Assembly (NCBI GenBank): GCA_003135555.1 | Contig: PLCF01000027.1 | Coordinates: forward strand, 41,943-105,942 | Reading direction: 5' to 3' | DNA from: Vulcanimicrobiota bacterium | GTDB lineage: Bacteria > Vulcanimicrobiota > Vulcanimicrobiia > Vulcanimicrobiales > Vulcanimicrobiaceae | DNA: 64,000 nt | Shown: in pieces, positions 27,365 to 36,204 of the stretch | Position numbering within the stretch: position 1 is the stretch's first letter | How the letters are laid out: the number at the start of each line of letters is the position of its first letter | The notes under the pieces: generated by a model | What the model was told of the DNA's origin: nothing | Seen by the model: the letters and a program-made list of their open reading frames with translations, nothing else | Databases searched by the model: none | Program-made: the position numbers and the translations under genes

Positions 27365-29020
27365 ATGAAGAAGACGATCTGGACCTGCTGGTTTCAGGGA
27401 CGAGAAGCCGCGCCGCCGTTGGTCGAGAGATGCTTGAGCAGCTGGGAGCGGAATAATCCAGGCTGGGATTTCCGTTGCCTGGACGCGACTTCCATCGAAC
27501 GGTACGTCCCCGTCAGGAAATACATCGACCTCGAGCGGCAGTCTTTGACCGCCGCTTCCTTGTCCGACATCGTGCGCATTCTTTTGTTGCACGAATTCGG
27601 CGGAGTGTGGGTCGACGCCACGCTGTTTTGCCATCGATCGCTGGATGACTGGCTACCCGGCATGATGGACGAGGGATTCTTTGCATTCTCTTCGCCGGCT
27701 CCGGATCGGCCGCTGTCATCCTGGTTCTTGAGTGCCGAACCCCGCAATGATCTCGTCTCGACCTGGTGCAGGCTCGTGACCGAGTACTGGGCAAACCGCG
27801 CCAGCTCGGACGACTACTTCTGGTTCCATCATCTTTTTCGCGACGCATGCGCGGCGGATCCCAGTACGGCGGAAGCATGGTCCCGAGTTCCGCGAGTCAG
27901 CGCCGACGGACCGCATGCATTGCAATTCAGCGGAACGATGGACTGGACCACGCCCGTTTTCAAGCTGACGCACCGCCTGCCCGAAGCGGGGTCGAAGCCC
28001 GGGTGCATGCTAGAGTCTCTCCTGGCGCGCGACAGCAATGAGCATGGGGCGCCTGAGCTTGCGCCCCGAGCAGTGCCGGCACCGCGAGATTTCGCGGCGC
28101 CTAAACAGTTTGCGGCGCTGAAGGTCTCAACGGAGAATCTGGGCGACCATATCCAGATCATTGCCGGTTTGCGCATGCTGTCGCGATTGGGCATCAAGCC
28201 GACTCGATACATCGATCGTGACTACGAGCTCGAATCAGCGGTAGGACTGCCTGACGGGGACGACCCGATCGGAATCCTGCTCAACGGCTGGTTCAAGTCA
28301 AATCGAGCGGAGTGGCCGCCCCACCCAAGACTTGCGCCGCTTCTCTACGGGTTCCACATTCGGTTGTTTCAATGCCCCGAACTCGTTTCGGATGCGTCGA
28401 TAAACTTCTTTCGCCGACACCAGCCGATCGGATGCAGGGACACCTACACCGAAAACCTCTTACGGTCGAAGGGCGTCGAGGTTTTCACCAGCAATTGCCT
28501 CTCGCTGACTTTTTCCAGAAGGATCGAAAGCCCCAAGGCGCAGACAGAAGTGTTCGTCGTATCGCGAGATGAGCGTATAAAGGACTATCTTCCGCCGGCT
28601 ATCGAGCCCTACACCTTTGTCAATCATTACACCGGCTCGAGTGACTTCGCGGCGAACATGACGCGGGCCGAAGAGCTCCTCGAAGTCTATCGTTCACGTG
28701 CGAAACTCATAATTACGACGTTCCTGCATTGCGCGCTGCCCGCGATCGCCATGGGCATCCCGGTCGTCCTATTCTATCCGCTCAACGACGAGACGGCGCA
28801 GGCCTCGGATCGCGAAAGATTTTCTTCGATCGAGCCCCTTATGCGCGTGTACCGTCTCGACGAGATCGAAGACGTCGACTGGAACCCCCAACCGATCGAC
28901 GTCAGCGCAATCAAGCTTCAGATCCTCGATGGTTTCTACGCGCTGGCGGCCCGCTGGCGGACTGCACCATTGCCCCCGCTGGGGCCGATCGCGCCGTCGA
29001 GCGTGTTGCCGGCCCCGTGA
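27365..29020 (+). CDS. Capsular polysaccharide synthesis (DxD glycosyltransferase) fused to polysaccharide pyruvyltransferase
   Basis: N-half IWTCWFQG, SDIVRILLL..FGGVWVDAT; C-half NLGDHIQ, IGCRD, ITTFLHCALPAIAMG. Confidence 0.8.
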   Translation: MKKTIWTCWFQGREAAPPLVERCLSSWERNNPGWDFRCLDATSIERYVPVRKYIDLERQSLTAASLSDIVRILLLHEFGGVWVDATLFCHRSLDDWLPGMMDEGFFAFSSPAPDRPLSSWFLSAEPRNDLVSTWCRLVTEYWANRASSDDYFWFHHLFRDACAADPSTAEAWSRVPRVSADGPHALQFSGTMDWTTPVFKLTHRLPEAGSKPGCMLESLLARDSNEHGAPELAPRAVPAPRDFAAPKQFAALKVSTENLGDHIQIIAGLRMLSRLGIKPTRYIDRDYELESAVGLPDGDDPIGILLNGWFKSNRAEWPPHPRLAPLLYGFHIRLFQCPELVSDASINFFRRHQPIGCRDTYTENLLRSKGVEVFTSNCLSLTFSRRIESPKAQTEVFVVSRDERIKDYLPPAIEPYTFVNHYTGSSDFAANMTRAEELLEVYRSRAKLIITTFLHCALPAIAMGIPVVLFYPLNDETAQASDRERFSSIEPLMRVYRLDEIEDVDWNPQPIDVSAIKLQILDGFYALAARWRTAPLPPLGPIAPSSVLPAP

Positions 29021-29038
29021 CGTTTCGGTTTGCCGGGC

Positions 29039-30106
29039 CTATGCCAGGGCGCGGCGCTTGAGCTTGTAGACGAACGCGATGATCTGGGCGACCGCGGCGT
29101 ACATATCGGGCGGGACCGGCGAGTCCAACTCCACCTTGGCATACAGGGTTCGGGCCAGCGGCGGGTTCTCGAGGATCGGCACGCCGTGCTCCGCCGCGAC
29201 CGCGCGGATCTGCGCGGCGATCAGATCGGCGCCCTTGGCGACGAGGATCGGCGCGTCCATCTTGATCTCGTCCCACACCAGCGCGACGGCGTAGTGGGTC
29301 GGGTTGGTGACGACGACCGTGGCCTTGGGCACGGCCGCCATCATCCGGCGGCGCGCCATCGCGCGCTGGCGATTGCGCAGCGCCTGCTTCGCCTCGGGAT
29401 TCCCTTCGGACTGGCGGTGCTCGTCACGCACCTCGGTCTTGGTCATCTTGAGTGACTGCTCGAGGCGGCGCCGTTCCCACACGTAGTCCGCGATGCCCAG
29501 CATGAGCAGCAACAGACCGACCTTGACCCCGATCCAGAAGACGATCCCCTCGACCGCGACGATGATGTCGTGGGGCGACGCGTGGGCCAGCGCGTAGAGC
29601 ATCGTAAGGTTGTCCTTGACGCCGAACCAGCAGATCAGCAACACGATCGCCAGCTTGAGCAACTGCTTCGCCAGCTGGACCAGCGTCTGGGGCGAGAAGA
29701 ATATCCGCTGGAACCCCGCCAGCGGGTTGAGCTTGCTGAACTTGGGCGTCACCAGCCCGGGTGAGAACAGCAGCCCGAACTGCAGCACGTTGGCCACCAC
29801 CGCGAGCACCAGCGCCGACGCGAACGCCATGGCGAGCAGCGGCGAGTACGGAATGACCGCGCGGACGAAGAGGCCGCCGACCGAGCGAATCGTCAGGTCG
29901 TCGCGCGACGCCGCATGCGTCAGGGCCACGCTGAAGGCCTGTGCGCCGGCGTCGATCGCGGCCATGAACCCGACGTGCAGCGCGATGACGATCGCCAGGA
30001 AGATCGCCGAGCCACCGATGTCGTGGGAGCGCGGAACCTGGCCGCGCTCGCGGGCCTCGCGTTTTCGTTTGGGTGTGGGTTTTTCGGTGGCGTCGGGACG
30101 AGCCAT
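29039..30106 (-). CDS. flhB: Flagellar export protein FlhB
   Basis: TEKPTPKR, autocleavage NPTH, ENPPLARTLY. Confidence 0.96.
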   Translation of the reverse strand: MARPDATEKPTPKRKREARERGQVPRSHDIGGSAIFLAIVIALHVGFMAAIDAGAQAFSVALTHAASRDDLTIRSVGGLFVRAVIPYSPLLAMAFASALVLAVVANVLQFGLLFSPGLVTPKFSKLNPLAGFQRIFFSPQTLVQLAKQLLKLAIVLLICWFGVKDNLTMLYALAHASPHDIIVAVEGIVFWIGVKVGLLLLMLGIADYVWERRRLEQSLKMTKTEVRDEHRQSEGNPEAKQALRNRQRAMARRRMMAAVPKATVVVTNPTHYAVALVWDEIKMDAPILVAKGADLIAAQIRAVAAEHGVPILENPPLARTLYAKVELDSPVPPDMYAAVAQIIAFVYKLKRRALA

Positions 30107-30109
30107 GGC

Positions 30110-30934
30110 TTACGGCGTCGGCTGCGGCGACGGCGCCGGCGTCGCGGGCGGCCCCATCGCGCGCAGCACGGTGTCGAGTTGGCGGCTCGAGGTGTCGATG
30201 AGCGACGGGAACACCGCGCCGAGCAGCGGCAGCGAGACGATGAGCATGATCAGCCCGACGCTGATCTGGAGCGGGAAGCCGACCACGAAGACGTTCATCT
30301 GCGGGGCGACGCGCGCCATCAGGCCCAGCGTCACGTTGACCAGAAACAGCGCGATCGCGACCGGCGCGGCGATCTGGAACACGATGAAGAGCGCCTGCGT
30401 GAAGAACCGTACGACGTCGCCGGCGACGAGCTCGGGCGCGCCGGCGAAGGGGAGCGGGACGAGCTGGAACGAGCCCGCGATCCCGGCGATGAGCGCGTGG
30501 TGCGCATCGGCGCCCAGGTACAACAACGTCGCCAGCGCCAGCTGAAACTCGCCGATCACCGTGACGTTCTGCGACGTCAGCGGGTTGATGATGTTGACGA
30601 CTGCGAAGCCGATCTGCGTGTCGATGATCTCACCGGCGAATTGGACCCCGGTGAACAGCAAGAAGGCGACGAACCCGAACACCAGCCCGACGAGGGCCTG
30701 CGACAGGATCGCGACGACGAGCGGCCCGAGCCCGCCCAGCGGCGCCATAGCCGGCATCGTACGCACGATCACCAACGACAGCAGCAGCCCGAGGCCAAAG
30801 CGCACCAACTGCGGGATCTGCGTCTGCGAGAAGATCGGCATCAGCGCCAACATCGCCGAAACGCGGACCAGAACCAGCAGCACCGTCTCGAATCGAGCGG
30901 ACGACAGCCCGAAAACGTCCCAGGGCACCGCCAC
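30110..30934 (-). CDS. fliR: FliR
   Basis: FAGEIIDTQIGF, ARVAPQMNVFVVGFP. Confidence 0.93.
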   Translation of the reverse strand: MAVPWDVFGLSSARFETVLLVLVRVSAMLALMPIFSQTQIPQLVRFGLGLLLSLVIVRTMPAMAPLGGLGPLVVAILSQALVGLVFGFVAFLLFTGVQFAGEIIDTQIGFAVVNIINPLTSQNVTVIGEFQLALATLLYLGADAHHALIAGIAGSFQLVPLPFAGAPELVAGDVVRFFTQALFIVFQIAAPVAIALFLVNVTLGLMARVAPQMNVFVVGFPLQISVGLIMLIVSLPLLGAVFPSLIDTSSRQLDTVLRAMGPPATPAPSPQPTP

Positions 30935-31203
30935 TATCGTACCAGGGTGGGAATGCTGGTGAAGACTCGGGTGGTGAAGTCCGTCAGCAGCGCGAGCATG
31001 AACGGGCCGAACAGCAGGATGGCCAGCGCGACTACCACGATCTTGGGGATGAAGGCCAGCGTCGGTTCCTGGATCTGCGTGACCGCCTGGAACACCGACA
31101 CGATCAGGCCCGTCGCGAGCCCCAAGAGCAAGGCCGGCGCACATACCAGCAGCGCGATGAAGATCGCCTCGCGCCCGAGAGAGAGCGCAGCGGCGTAGGT
31201 CAC
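30934..31203 (-). CDS. fliQ: FliQ
   Basis: FQAVTQIQEPTLAFIPK. Confidence 0.95.
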   Translation of the reverse strand: MTYAAALSLGREAIFIALLVCAPALLLGLATGLIVSVFQAVTQIQEPTLAFIPKIVVVALAILLFGPFMLALLTDFTTRVFTSIPTLVR

Positions 31204-31988
31204 TTAAAACTCGCGAAGAGGGCGTTGATGGTGAGGTTCCAGCCGTCGACGAGCAAGAAGATCAGGATCTTGAACGGCAACGAGATGATCACGGGCGGGA
31301 TCATCATCATCCCCATCGAGAGCAGCACCGAGGCCACGACCATATCGATCACGATGAACGGGATGTAGATCGCGAATCCGATCTGGAAGGCCGTCTTGAG
31401 CTCGCTGATCACGAACGCGGGCACCAGCACGTAGGTCGGCACGCCGGCCTGGTTCGCCGGGCGCGGCTCTTTGGTGAACGAGTAGAACAGCGCGATGTCC
31501 TTTTCACGCGTCTGCTTGAACATGAACGTGCGCAGCGGCTTGGCCGCACGGTCGACCGCGACCGATTGTGAGATCTTGTTCCCCAAGTAGGGCTGCAGCG
31601 CGTTCTTGTTGATGTCCTGGATCACCGGGTTCATCACGAAGAACGTCAGCAGCAGCGACAGCCCGACCAGGACCTGGGTCGGCGGGACCTGCTGCGTCCC
31701 CAGCGCCGTGCGCACGAACGACAGCACCACCACGATGCGCGTGAACGACGTCAGCAGCACCAGGATCGTCGGCGCGAGGGTCACCACCGTGAGCAGCAGC
31801 AGGATCTGCAGCGACAGCGCGACGTCGGACGGCTTGGTCGCCGGGCTGACGCCGATGTTCACGCGCGGAATCGGGATCGTCGGTCCGGCGGGCCCGGGGA
31901 CGCTCTGCGCGAGCGCGGGCACGGCGAAGGCGACGACGGCGATCGCGGACGCCAGCGTCAACAGGACGAGCAGGAGGCGGCGGTTCAC
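31200..31988 (-). CDS. fliP: FliP
   Basis: TSFTRIVVVL, PAFVISELKTAFQIGF, LPFKILIFLLVDGW. Confidence 0.96.
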   Translation of the reverse strand: MNRRLLLVLLTLASAIAVVAFAVPALAQSVPGPAGPTIPIPRVNIGVSPATKPSDVALSLQILLLLTVVTLAPTILVLLTSFTRIVVVLSFVRTALGTQQVPPTQVLVGLSLLLTFFVMNPVIQDINKNALQPYLGNKISQSVAVDRAAKPLRTFMFKQTREKDIALFYSFTKEPRPANQAGVPTYVLVPAFVISELKTAFQIGFAIYIPFIVIDMVVASVLLSMGMMMIPPVIISLPFKILIFLLVDGWNLTINALFASFK

Positions 31989-31990
31989 GG

Positions 31991-32332
31991 CTATTTGCGG
32001 AAACTTTGCAGCAGGCGGAGCACCGCGGCGCGTTGCTCCCCGAGCGCCTTCCTTTGCGTCTCGATGTAGGGCTCGACGACGTCCGAAGGGACGTCGGCGA
32101 TTTGGGTCACTCCGGCGGATCCTCCGCCTACGAGATAGTATCGGTCGCCGACCTTGACGACGTGAAGGGTGACGTTCTGCGCCAGGATCGTCGACTCGAC
32201 GACGCTGACCAGGCGCCGGCCGGCGGACGCGACGACGCGCCCGCGACTGATGGTCCGGACCGCGTAGGTCAGACCCAGCAGCAGCAGGCCGACAACCGCG
32301 AGCGCCCAGACGTAGGTAACGAAGATGGACAG
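31991..32332 (-). CDS. fliO: FliO (absent from the ORF track; probable CTG start)
   Basis: Manual translation LSIFVTYVWALAVVGLLLLGLTYAVR...LVSVVESTILAQNVTLHVVKVGDRYYLVGGG; syntenic between fliN and fliP. Confidence 0.8.
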   Translation of the reverse strand: MSIFVTYVWALAVVGLLLLGLTYAVRTISRGRVVASAGRRLVSVVESTILAQNVTLHVVKVGDRYYLVGGGSAGVTQIADVPSDVVEPYIETQRKALGEQRAAVLRLLQSFRK

Positions 32333-32336
32333 CGGC

Positions 32337-33227
32337 TCAGACCTTGTCCACGACGGGGTTGAGCTCGCTGATCTTCACCGCGAACTTGTCGTCGACGACG
32401 ACGACCTCGCCGCGAGCGATCAAAATATTGTTCACGAACAGGTCGACCGGCTCGCTCGAGAGCTTGTCGAGCTCGAACACGCTGCCGGTCGTCATCGAAA
32501 CGACGTCGCGCAGCGAGAGCGCCGTTTGACCCAGCACCGCCGAAATCGCGAGCGGCACGTCGTGCACGAGATCGAGGTTGGCATGGCCGTTCGAGGCCAG
32601 GCGCGACCGCGTCGGCTGCATCGCGGTAAAGCTGACGCGCTGGCCTTCTTCGACGCGCCGGCGCGGCGGGGCGACTCTCTTGAGCGGCGGCTGCTTGGCG
32701 GGAACCGAGGTCACGGTTTCGGGGGCCAAACGGTGCTGCGCCAAGACGTCGAAGTCCAGGGTGAGCGTCGTCGTGAAGCCGCCGCCGAGGTCGAGCGGCG
32801 CGCTGAACGTTGCGAACGGCGGCACCGGGAAGGCGCCCGCATCGGTCGCGACGACCGACTCGATCTCCATCGCGGCGTGCCCGCTCTCGCCTGCCAGGGC
32901 CTCACCCATCGCGCTTGAGATCTGCACGACCGTCTCGGCGACGATCGACAGCTGCATCGCATCGAGCTCACCGGTGTCGCCGGGCGTTCCCAGCATCAAG
33001 TCGACGATCCGTGCCAGGTCGCGTTTGCGATAGCGAAGCACGAACGAAAGACCCGCCGAGGGAACGCGCGTGACGGTCGCGACGACGTCGGGCTCGATCC
33101 GGATCGACGCGTCGCTGCGCCCCTGTGTGGCGGCGCCGGGTGCGACGGGACGACCCGCCAGCGCACCCAAAACGCTCGCGGCAGAAGCAAACATGGCATC
33201 CGCGAGCGGACGCAAACTCTGTGACAC
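32337..33227 (-). CDS. fliN: Flagellar switch FliN with a degenerate CheC-like (FliY-type) N-terminus
   Basis: C-terminal NLDLVHDVPL..VLGQT, ARGEVVVVDDKFAVKI. Confidence 0.85.
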   Translation of the reverse strand: MSQSLRPLADAMFASAASVLGALAGRPVAPGAATQGRSDASIRIEPDVVATVTRVPSAGLSFVLRYRKRDLARIVDLMLGTPGDTGELDAMQLSIVAETVVQISSAMGEALAGESGHAAMEIESVVATDAGAFPVPPFATFSAPLDLGGGFTTTLTLDFDVLAQHRLAPETVTSVPAKQPPLKRVAPPRRRVEEGQRVSFTAMQPTRSRLASNGHANLDLVHDVPLAISAVLGQTALSLRDVVSMTTGSVFELDKLSSEPVDLFVNNILIARGEVVVVDDKFAVKISELNPVVDKV

Positions 33228-33229
33228 CG

Positions 33230-34216
33230 TTAGTCCTCGCTCTCGACGATCTGGCTCACGCGCACCGCGAGCTTGTCGCGGTTCACGCCCGGAAAGACTT
33301 TGAATTTCTCGCGTTCGTTCACGGTAGCCGTCAGCGGCTCGCTCACGGGCTTGTCGAACATCACCAAGTCGCCGGGCTGCAGGGCGATCAGATCGCGCAG
33401 CGAGACGACGGTCTTGCCGAGCTCGACGCGCACGTCGACCGGCGCCCGCTGCACGTTGCGCGCCAGCTGCATCATGTCTTCCTCGGTGCTGCCTCGACCC
33501 GCGATGACGCTGGGCGACCACTGGAAGTCCGAGAGCTGCGAGCCGACCGTGTGCAGCACTTGATAGGGCAGGCAGAAGTTCATGACGCCGGACATGTCGC
33601 CGACCTTGAGCTCGCACGAGACGAAGGCGACGATTTGGTCGAGCGGGATGATGCGCGGGATGAATTGCGGGTTGGAGTCCAGCGCCTCGATCTTGAGCGA
33701 CAAGGTGAGCAGGTAATTCCAGGCCTCGCGGTAGCTGTTGAGCATGCGGGCCATGAAGCGCTGCATGAGCGTGCGCTCGATGTCGGTGAGGTCGCGGAGC
33801 TTCTGGGGGAACCAGCCCGGGCCGCCCAGCAGCCGGTCGATGATCGAGAACACGAGGTTCAAGTCGACCTGAACCATCCCCGAGCCCGGCAGCGGGTCCA
33901 TCGAGAAGATCGACAGGATCGACGGGTTCCCGATCGACGAGATGAAGTCGCCGTAGCTGATCTGGTCGATCGAGACGATCGTCGCCTCGACGCGCGTGCG
34001 CAGATAGACCGAGAGCGAGTTGTTGAGCAGCCGGGTGAAGTTGTCGTGCAGCGTGCGCAGCGTCTGCAGCTGATTGCTGCTGAACTTGTCGAGCCGCTTG
34101 TTGAAGCGAAAGTCGAACGGCTTTACCTTGCGGCCGTCCAGCGCGGCCGCGCCGGGTTCGGGCGCTGCGAGCTGGTTGACCAGCGCATCGATCTCCTCTT
34201 GCGAGAGCATGCTCAT
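33230..34216 (-). CDS. fliM: FliM
   Basis: LSQEEIDALV, IDRLLGGPG. Confidence 0.96.
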   Translation of the reverse strand: MSMLSQEEIDALVNQLAAPEPGAAALDGRKVKPFDFRFNKRLDKFSSNQLQTLRTLHDNFTRLLNNSLSVYLRTRVEATIVSIDQISYGDFISSIGNPSILSIFSMDPLPGSGMVQVDLNLVFSIIDRLLGGPGWFPQKLRDLTDIERTLMQRFMARMLNSYREAWNYLLTLSLKIEALDSNPQFIPRIIPLDQIVAFVSCELKVGDMSGVMNFCLPYQVLHTVGSQLSDFQWSPSVIAGRGSTEEDMMQLARNVQRAPVDVRVELGKTVVSLRDLIALQPGDLVMFDKPVSEPLTATVNEREKFKVFPGVNRDKLAVRVSQIVESED

Positions 34217-34956
34217 GGCGTCGACTTTCCGCTCAGGACGACGACATCGACGCGGCGGTTCTGCTGGCGGTGCGCGTCGGTGTCGTTGGAAAACTTGGGC
34301 CGGAACTCGCCGTAACCGGCAAACGAGAGCCGGGTCGGCACGATCTTCGCGTGCTCGACGAAATAGCGCGTCACGCCGGTGGCGCGCGCCGCCGACAGCT
34401 CCCAGTTGGTGGGATAGGCGAAGGTCGCGATCGGCACGTTGTCGGTGCTGCCTTCGACGCGCACCTCGTTGCGCACGTCCCGCAGCTGGGCTGCGACGAC
34501 GTCGAGCAGCTGTTTGGTCTCCGGCCGCAGGTCGGCTGAGCCCGAGTCGTAGTACGCTTTGTCGCTCAGTAGCGTGATCACGAGTCCTTGCTTGTCGATG
34601 CGCGTCTGCACTTTTGCTTGGAGGTTTTGCTTGGCGATGTAGCGGTCGAGTTGGGCTTTCATCGCCGCCAAGTCGGCCTCGGCGTTGCGGCCGCTCATCG
34701 CGCTCGTCGCACCGCCGTTGAGAGGATCGTTGATCGGGTCGATGCTGTTGAAGCCGCCCGACAGCGCGTTCACGAGGCGCCGGAACTTCACCGACGAGAT
34801 GTTCGAGATCGCGAACAGGATGATGAACAGCGCGAGCAACAGGGTGATCATGTCGGCGTAGGTGAGCAGCCAGCGCATCATGCCGGCGCTCTCGAGCGCT
34901 TCCCGGTTGCCGGCACGTCGCACCCGGGCCCGGGCTTCAGCCGTCGTGAGCGCCAC
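34213..34956 (-). CDS. motB: Stator protein MotB
   Basis: WLLTYADMITLL, NWELSAARA, NRRVD. Confidence 0.94.
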   Translation of the reverse strand: MALTTAEARARVRRAGNREALESAGMMRWLLTYADMITLLLALFIILFAISNISSVKFRRLVNALSGGFNSIDPINDPLNGGATSAMSGRNAEADLAAMKAQLDRYIAKQNLQAKVQTRIDKQGLVITLLSDKAYYDSGSADLRPETKQLLDVVAAQLRDVRNEVRVEGSTDNVPIATFAYPTNWELSAARATGVTRYFVEHAKIVPTRLSFAGYGEFRPKFSNDTDAHRQQNRRVDVVVLSGKSTP

Positions 34957-35798
34957 TACGTTCCTGCGAGCTCCGGCTCGCCGATCTCGCCGACCGCGCC
35001 GCCCGCCTCGACTTCGGTCTCGCGCTCGTTGGGATCGAGGAAGGCGTGCAGCTTCTCCTCCAGCAGCCGCGGGTTGTCGCCGGCTTGGATGGAGAGAATC
35101 CCTTCGATCATGATCTCGCGCAACAGCAACTGCTGACCGGCGCGTTCTTTGATCTTGCACGCCAACGGGATCCACAACAAGTTCGCCAGCGCGATCCCGA
35201 AGAACGTGGCGACGAAGGCTTGCGCCGTCGCGACGCCGAGCTGGCCGGCGATGTTTCCGGTGCTCGACAGCGAGCCGAGCGCCTTGAGCATCGCGATCAG
35301 CCCGAGTACCGTTCCGATGATTCCGAGGGTCGGCGAGAAGCCGCCCATCGTCATGAAGACGCCTTCGGCCTTCGCGTTGCGCTCTTGCACGAACGCCGCC
35401 TCGGTTTCGAGGATCTTGCGGATGATGTCGGTGTCGCGGCCGTCGATGACGAGCTGAATGCCCTTGCGCATGAAGTCGTCTTCGAGTGCGGCCGCCTCGT
35501 TCTCGAGCGCGAGGAGCCCTTCGCGGCGCGCCTTCTCGGCGAAGGTCACCAGCGTCGCGATCACCTCGCGTTCGTGGTAGACGGGCTCGACGAACGCGGT
35601 ACGCAGCCCGAGTGCGATCCCGCGCCAGAACGTCCGCAGCGGAAACGAGATCATCGTCGCCCCGATCGTCCCGAAGAAGACGAGCACGAAGGCTTCGTAG
35701 CGTGCGAAGATGATCCGGGCGTCGACGTTGCCGATCCACGCCGAAAGCGCGAGCGCGGCGATTGCCATACCGAGGCCGAGTATCGTCGCGAAATCCAA
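34956..35798 (-). CDS. motA: Stator protein MotA
   Basis: ARREGLLALE, PTLGIIGTVLGLI, GDNPR. Confidence 0.95.
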   Translation of the reverse strand: MDFATILGLGMAIAALALSAWIGNVDARIIFARYEAFVLVFFGTIGATMISFPLRTFWRGIALGLRTAFVEPVYHEREVIATLVTFAEKARREGLLALENEAAALEDDFMRKGIQLVIDGRDTDIIRKILETEAAFVQERNAKAEGVFMTMGGFSPTLGIIGTVLGLIAMLKALGSLSSTGNIAGQLGVATAQAFVATFFGIALANLLWIPLACKIKERAGQQLLLREIMIEGILSIQAGDNPRLLEEKLHAFLDPNERETEVEAGGAVGEIGEPELAGT

Positions 35799-35870
35799 GG
35801 TGCGGCCTTTCCGAACGGGACCGTTGGGGCGGGAAGTGCTCTCGAGTTGGGTCCGGGGCGTCTTAGGAGA

Positions 35871-35898
35871 CTATCGGCGCCCGGGATGCCGCAATTGA
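35871..35898 (-). promoter_or_regulatory. Sigma28-type promoter for motAB
   Basis: TCAA-N16-GCCGATAG. Confidence 0.65.
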
Positions 35899-35929
35899 GC
35901 CCGACCCGCCGCCCGTCGAGGGCGGCCGC

Positions 35930-36133
35930 CTAGCCGTCTGCCGAGCTTTCGGGCCCGTGGATGCGGCGCTTGAACTCGATGATCTTCTCGCGAATCTCGT
36001 CCATCGAGTCGCGGACGATCAGCTTGTTGCCCGAGGTGAGGGTCACGACCGTATCCGGGGTGGCCTCCAACGACTCGATCAGGTCCGGGTTGACCATGAT
36101 GGCCTCATTGTTGAGCCTGCGCAAAGCGATCAT
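35930..36133 (-). CDS. flbD: Flagellar FlbD (SwrD) family protein
   Basis: MIALRRLNNEAIMVNPDLIESLEATPDTVVTL. Confidence 0.92.
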   Translation of the reverse strand: MIALRRLNNEAIMVNPDLIESLEATPDTVVTLTSGNKLIVRDSMDEIREKIIEFKRRIHGPESSADG

Positions 36134-36147
36134 CGCCCCCCCACTAT

Positions 36148-36191
36148 GCCATGAGGGGAGCCCGGCAGTACAGCCGAGCCCCCCTCATGGC
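36148..36191. terminator. Strong stem-loop downstream of flgE
   Basis: gccatgagggg...cccctcatggc 11-bp stem; no clear U-tract on the minus strand. Confidence 0.5.
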
Positions 36192-36204
36192 GGTGTTTTC
36201 CGCC

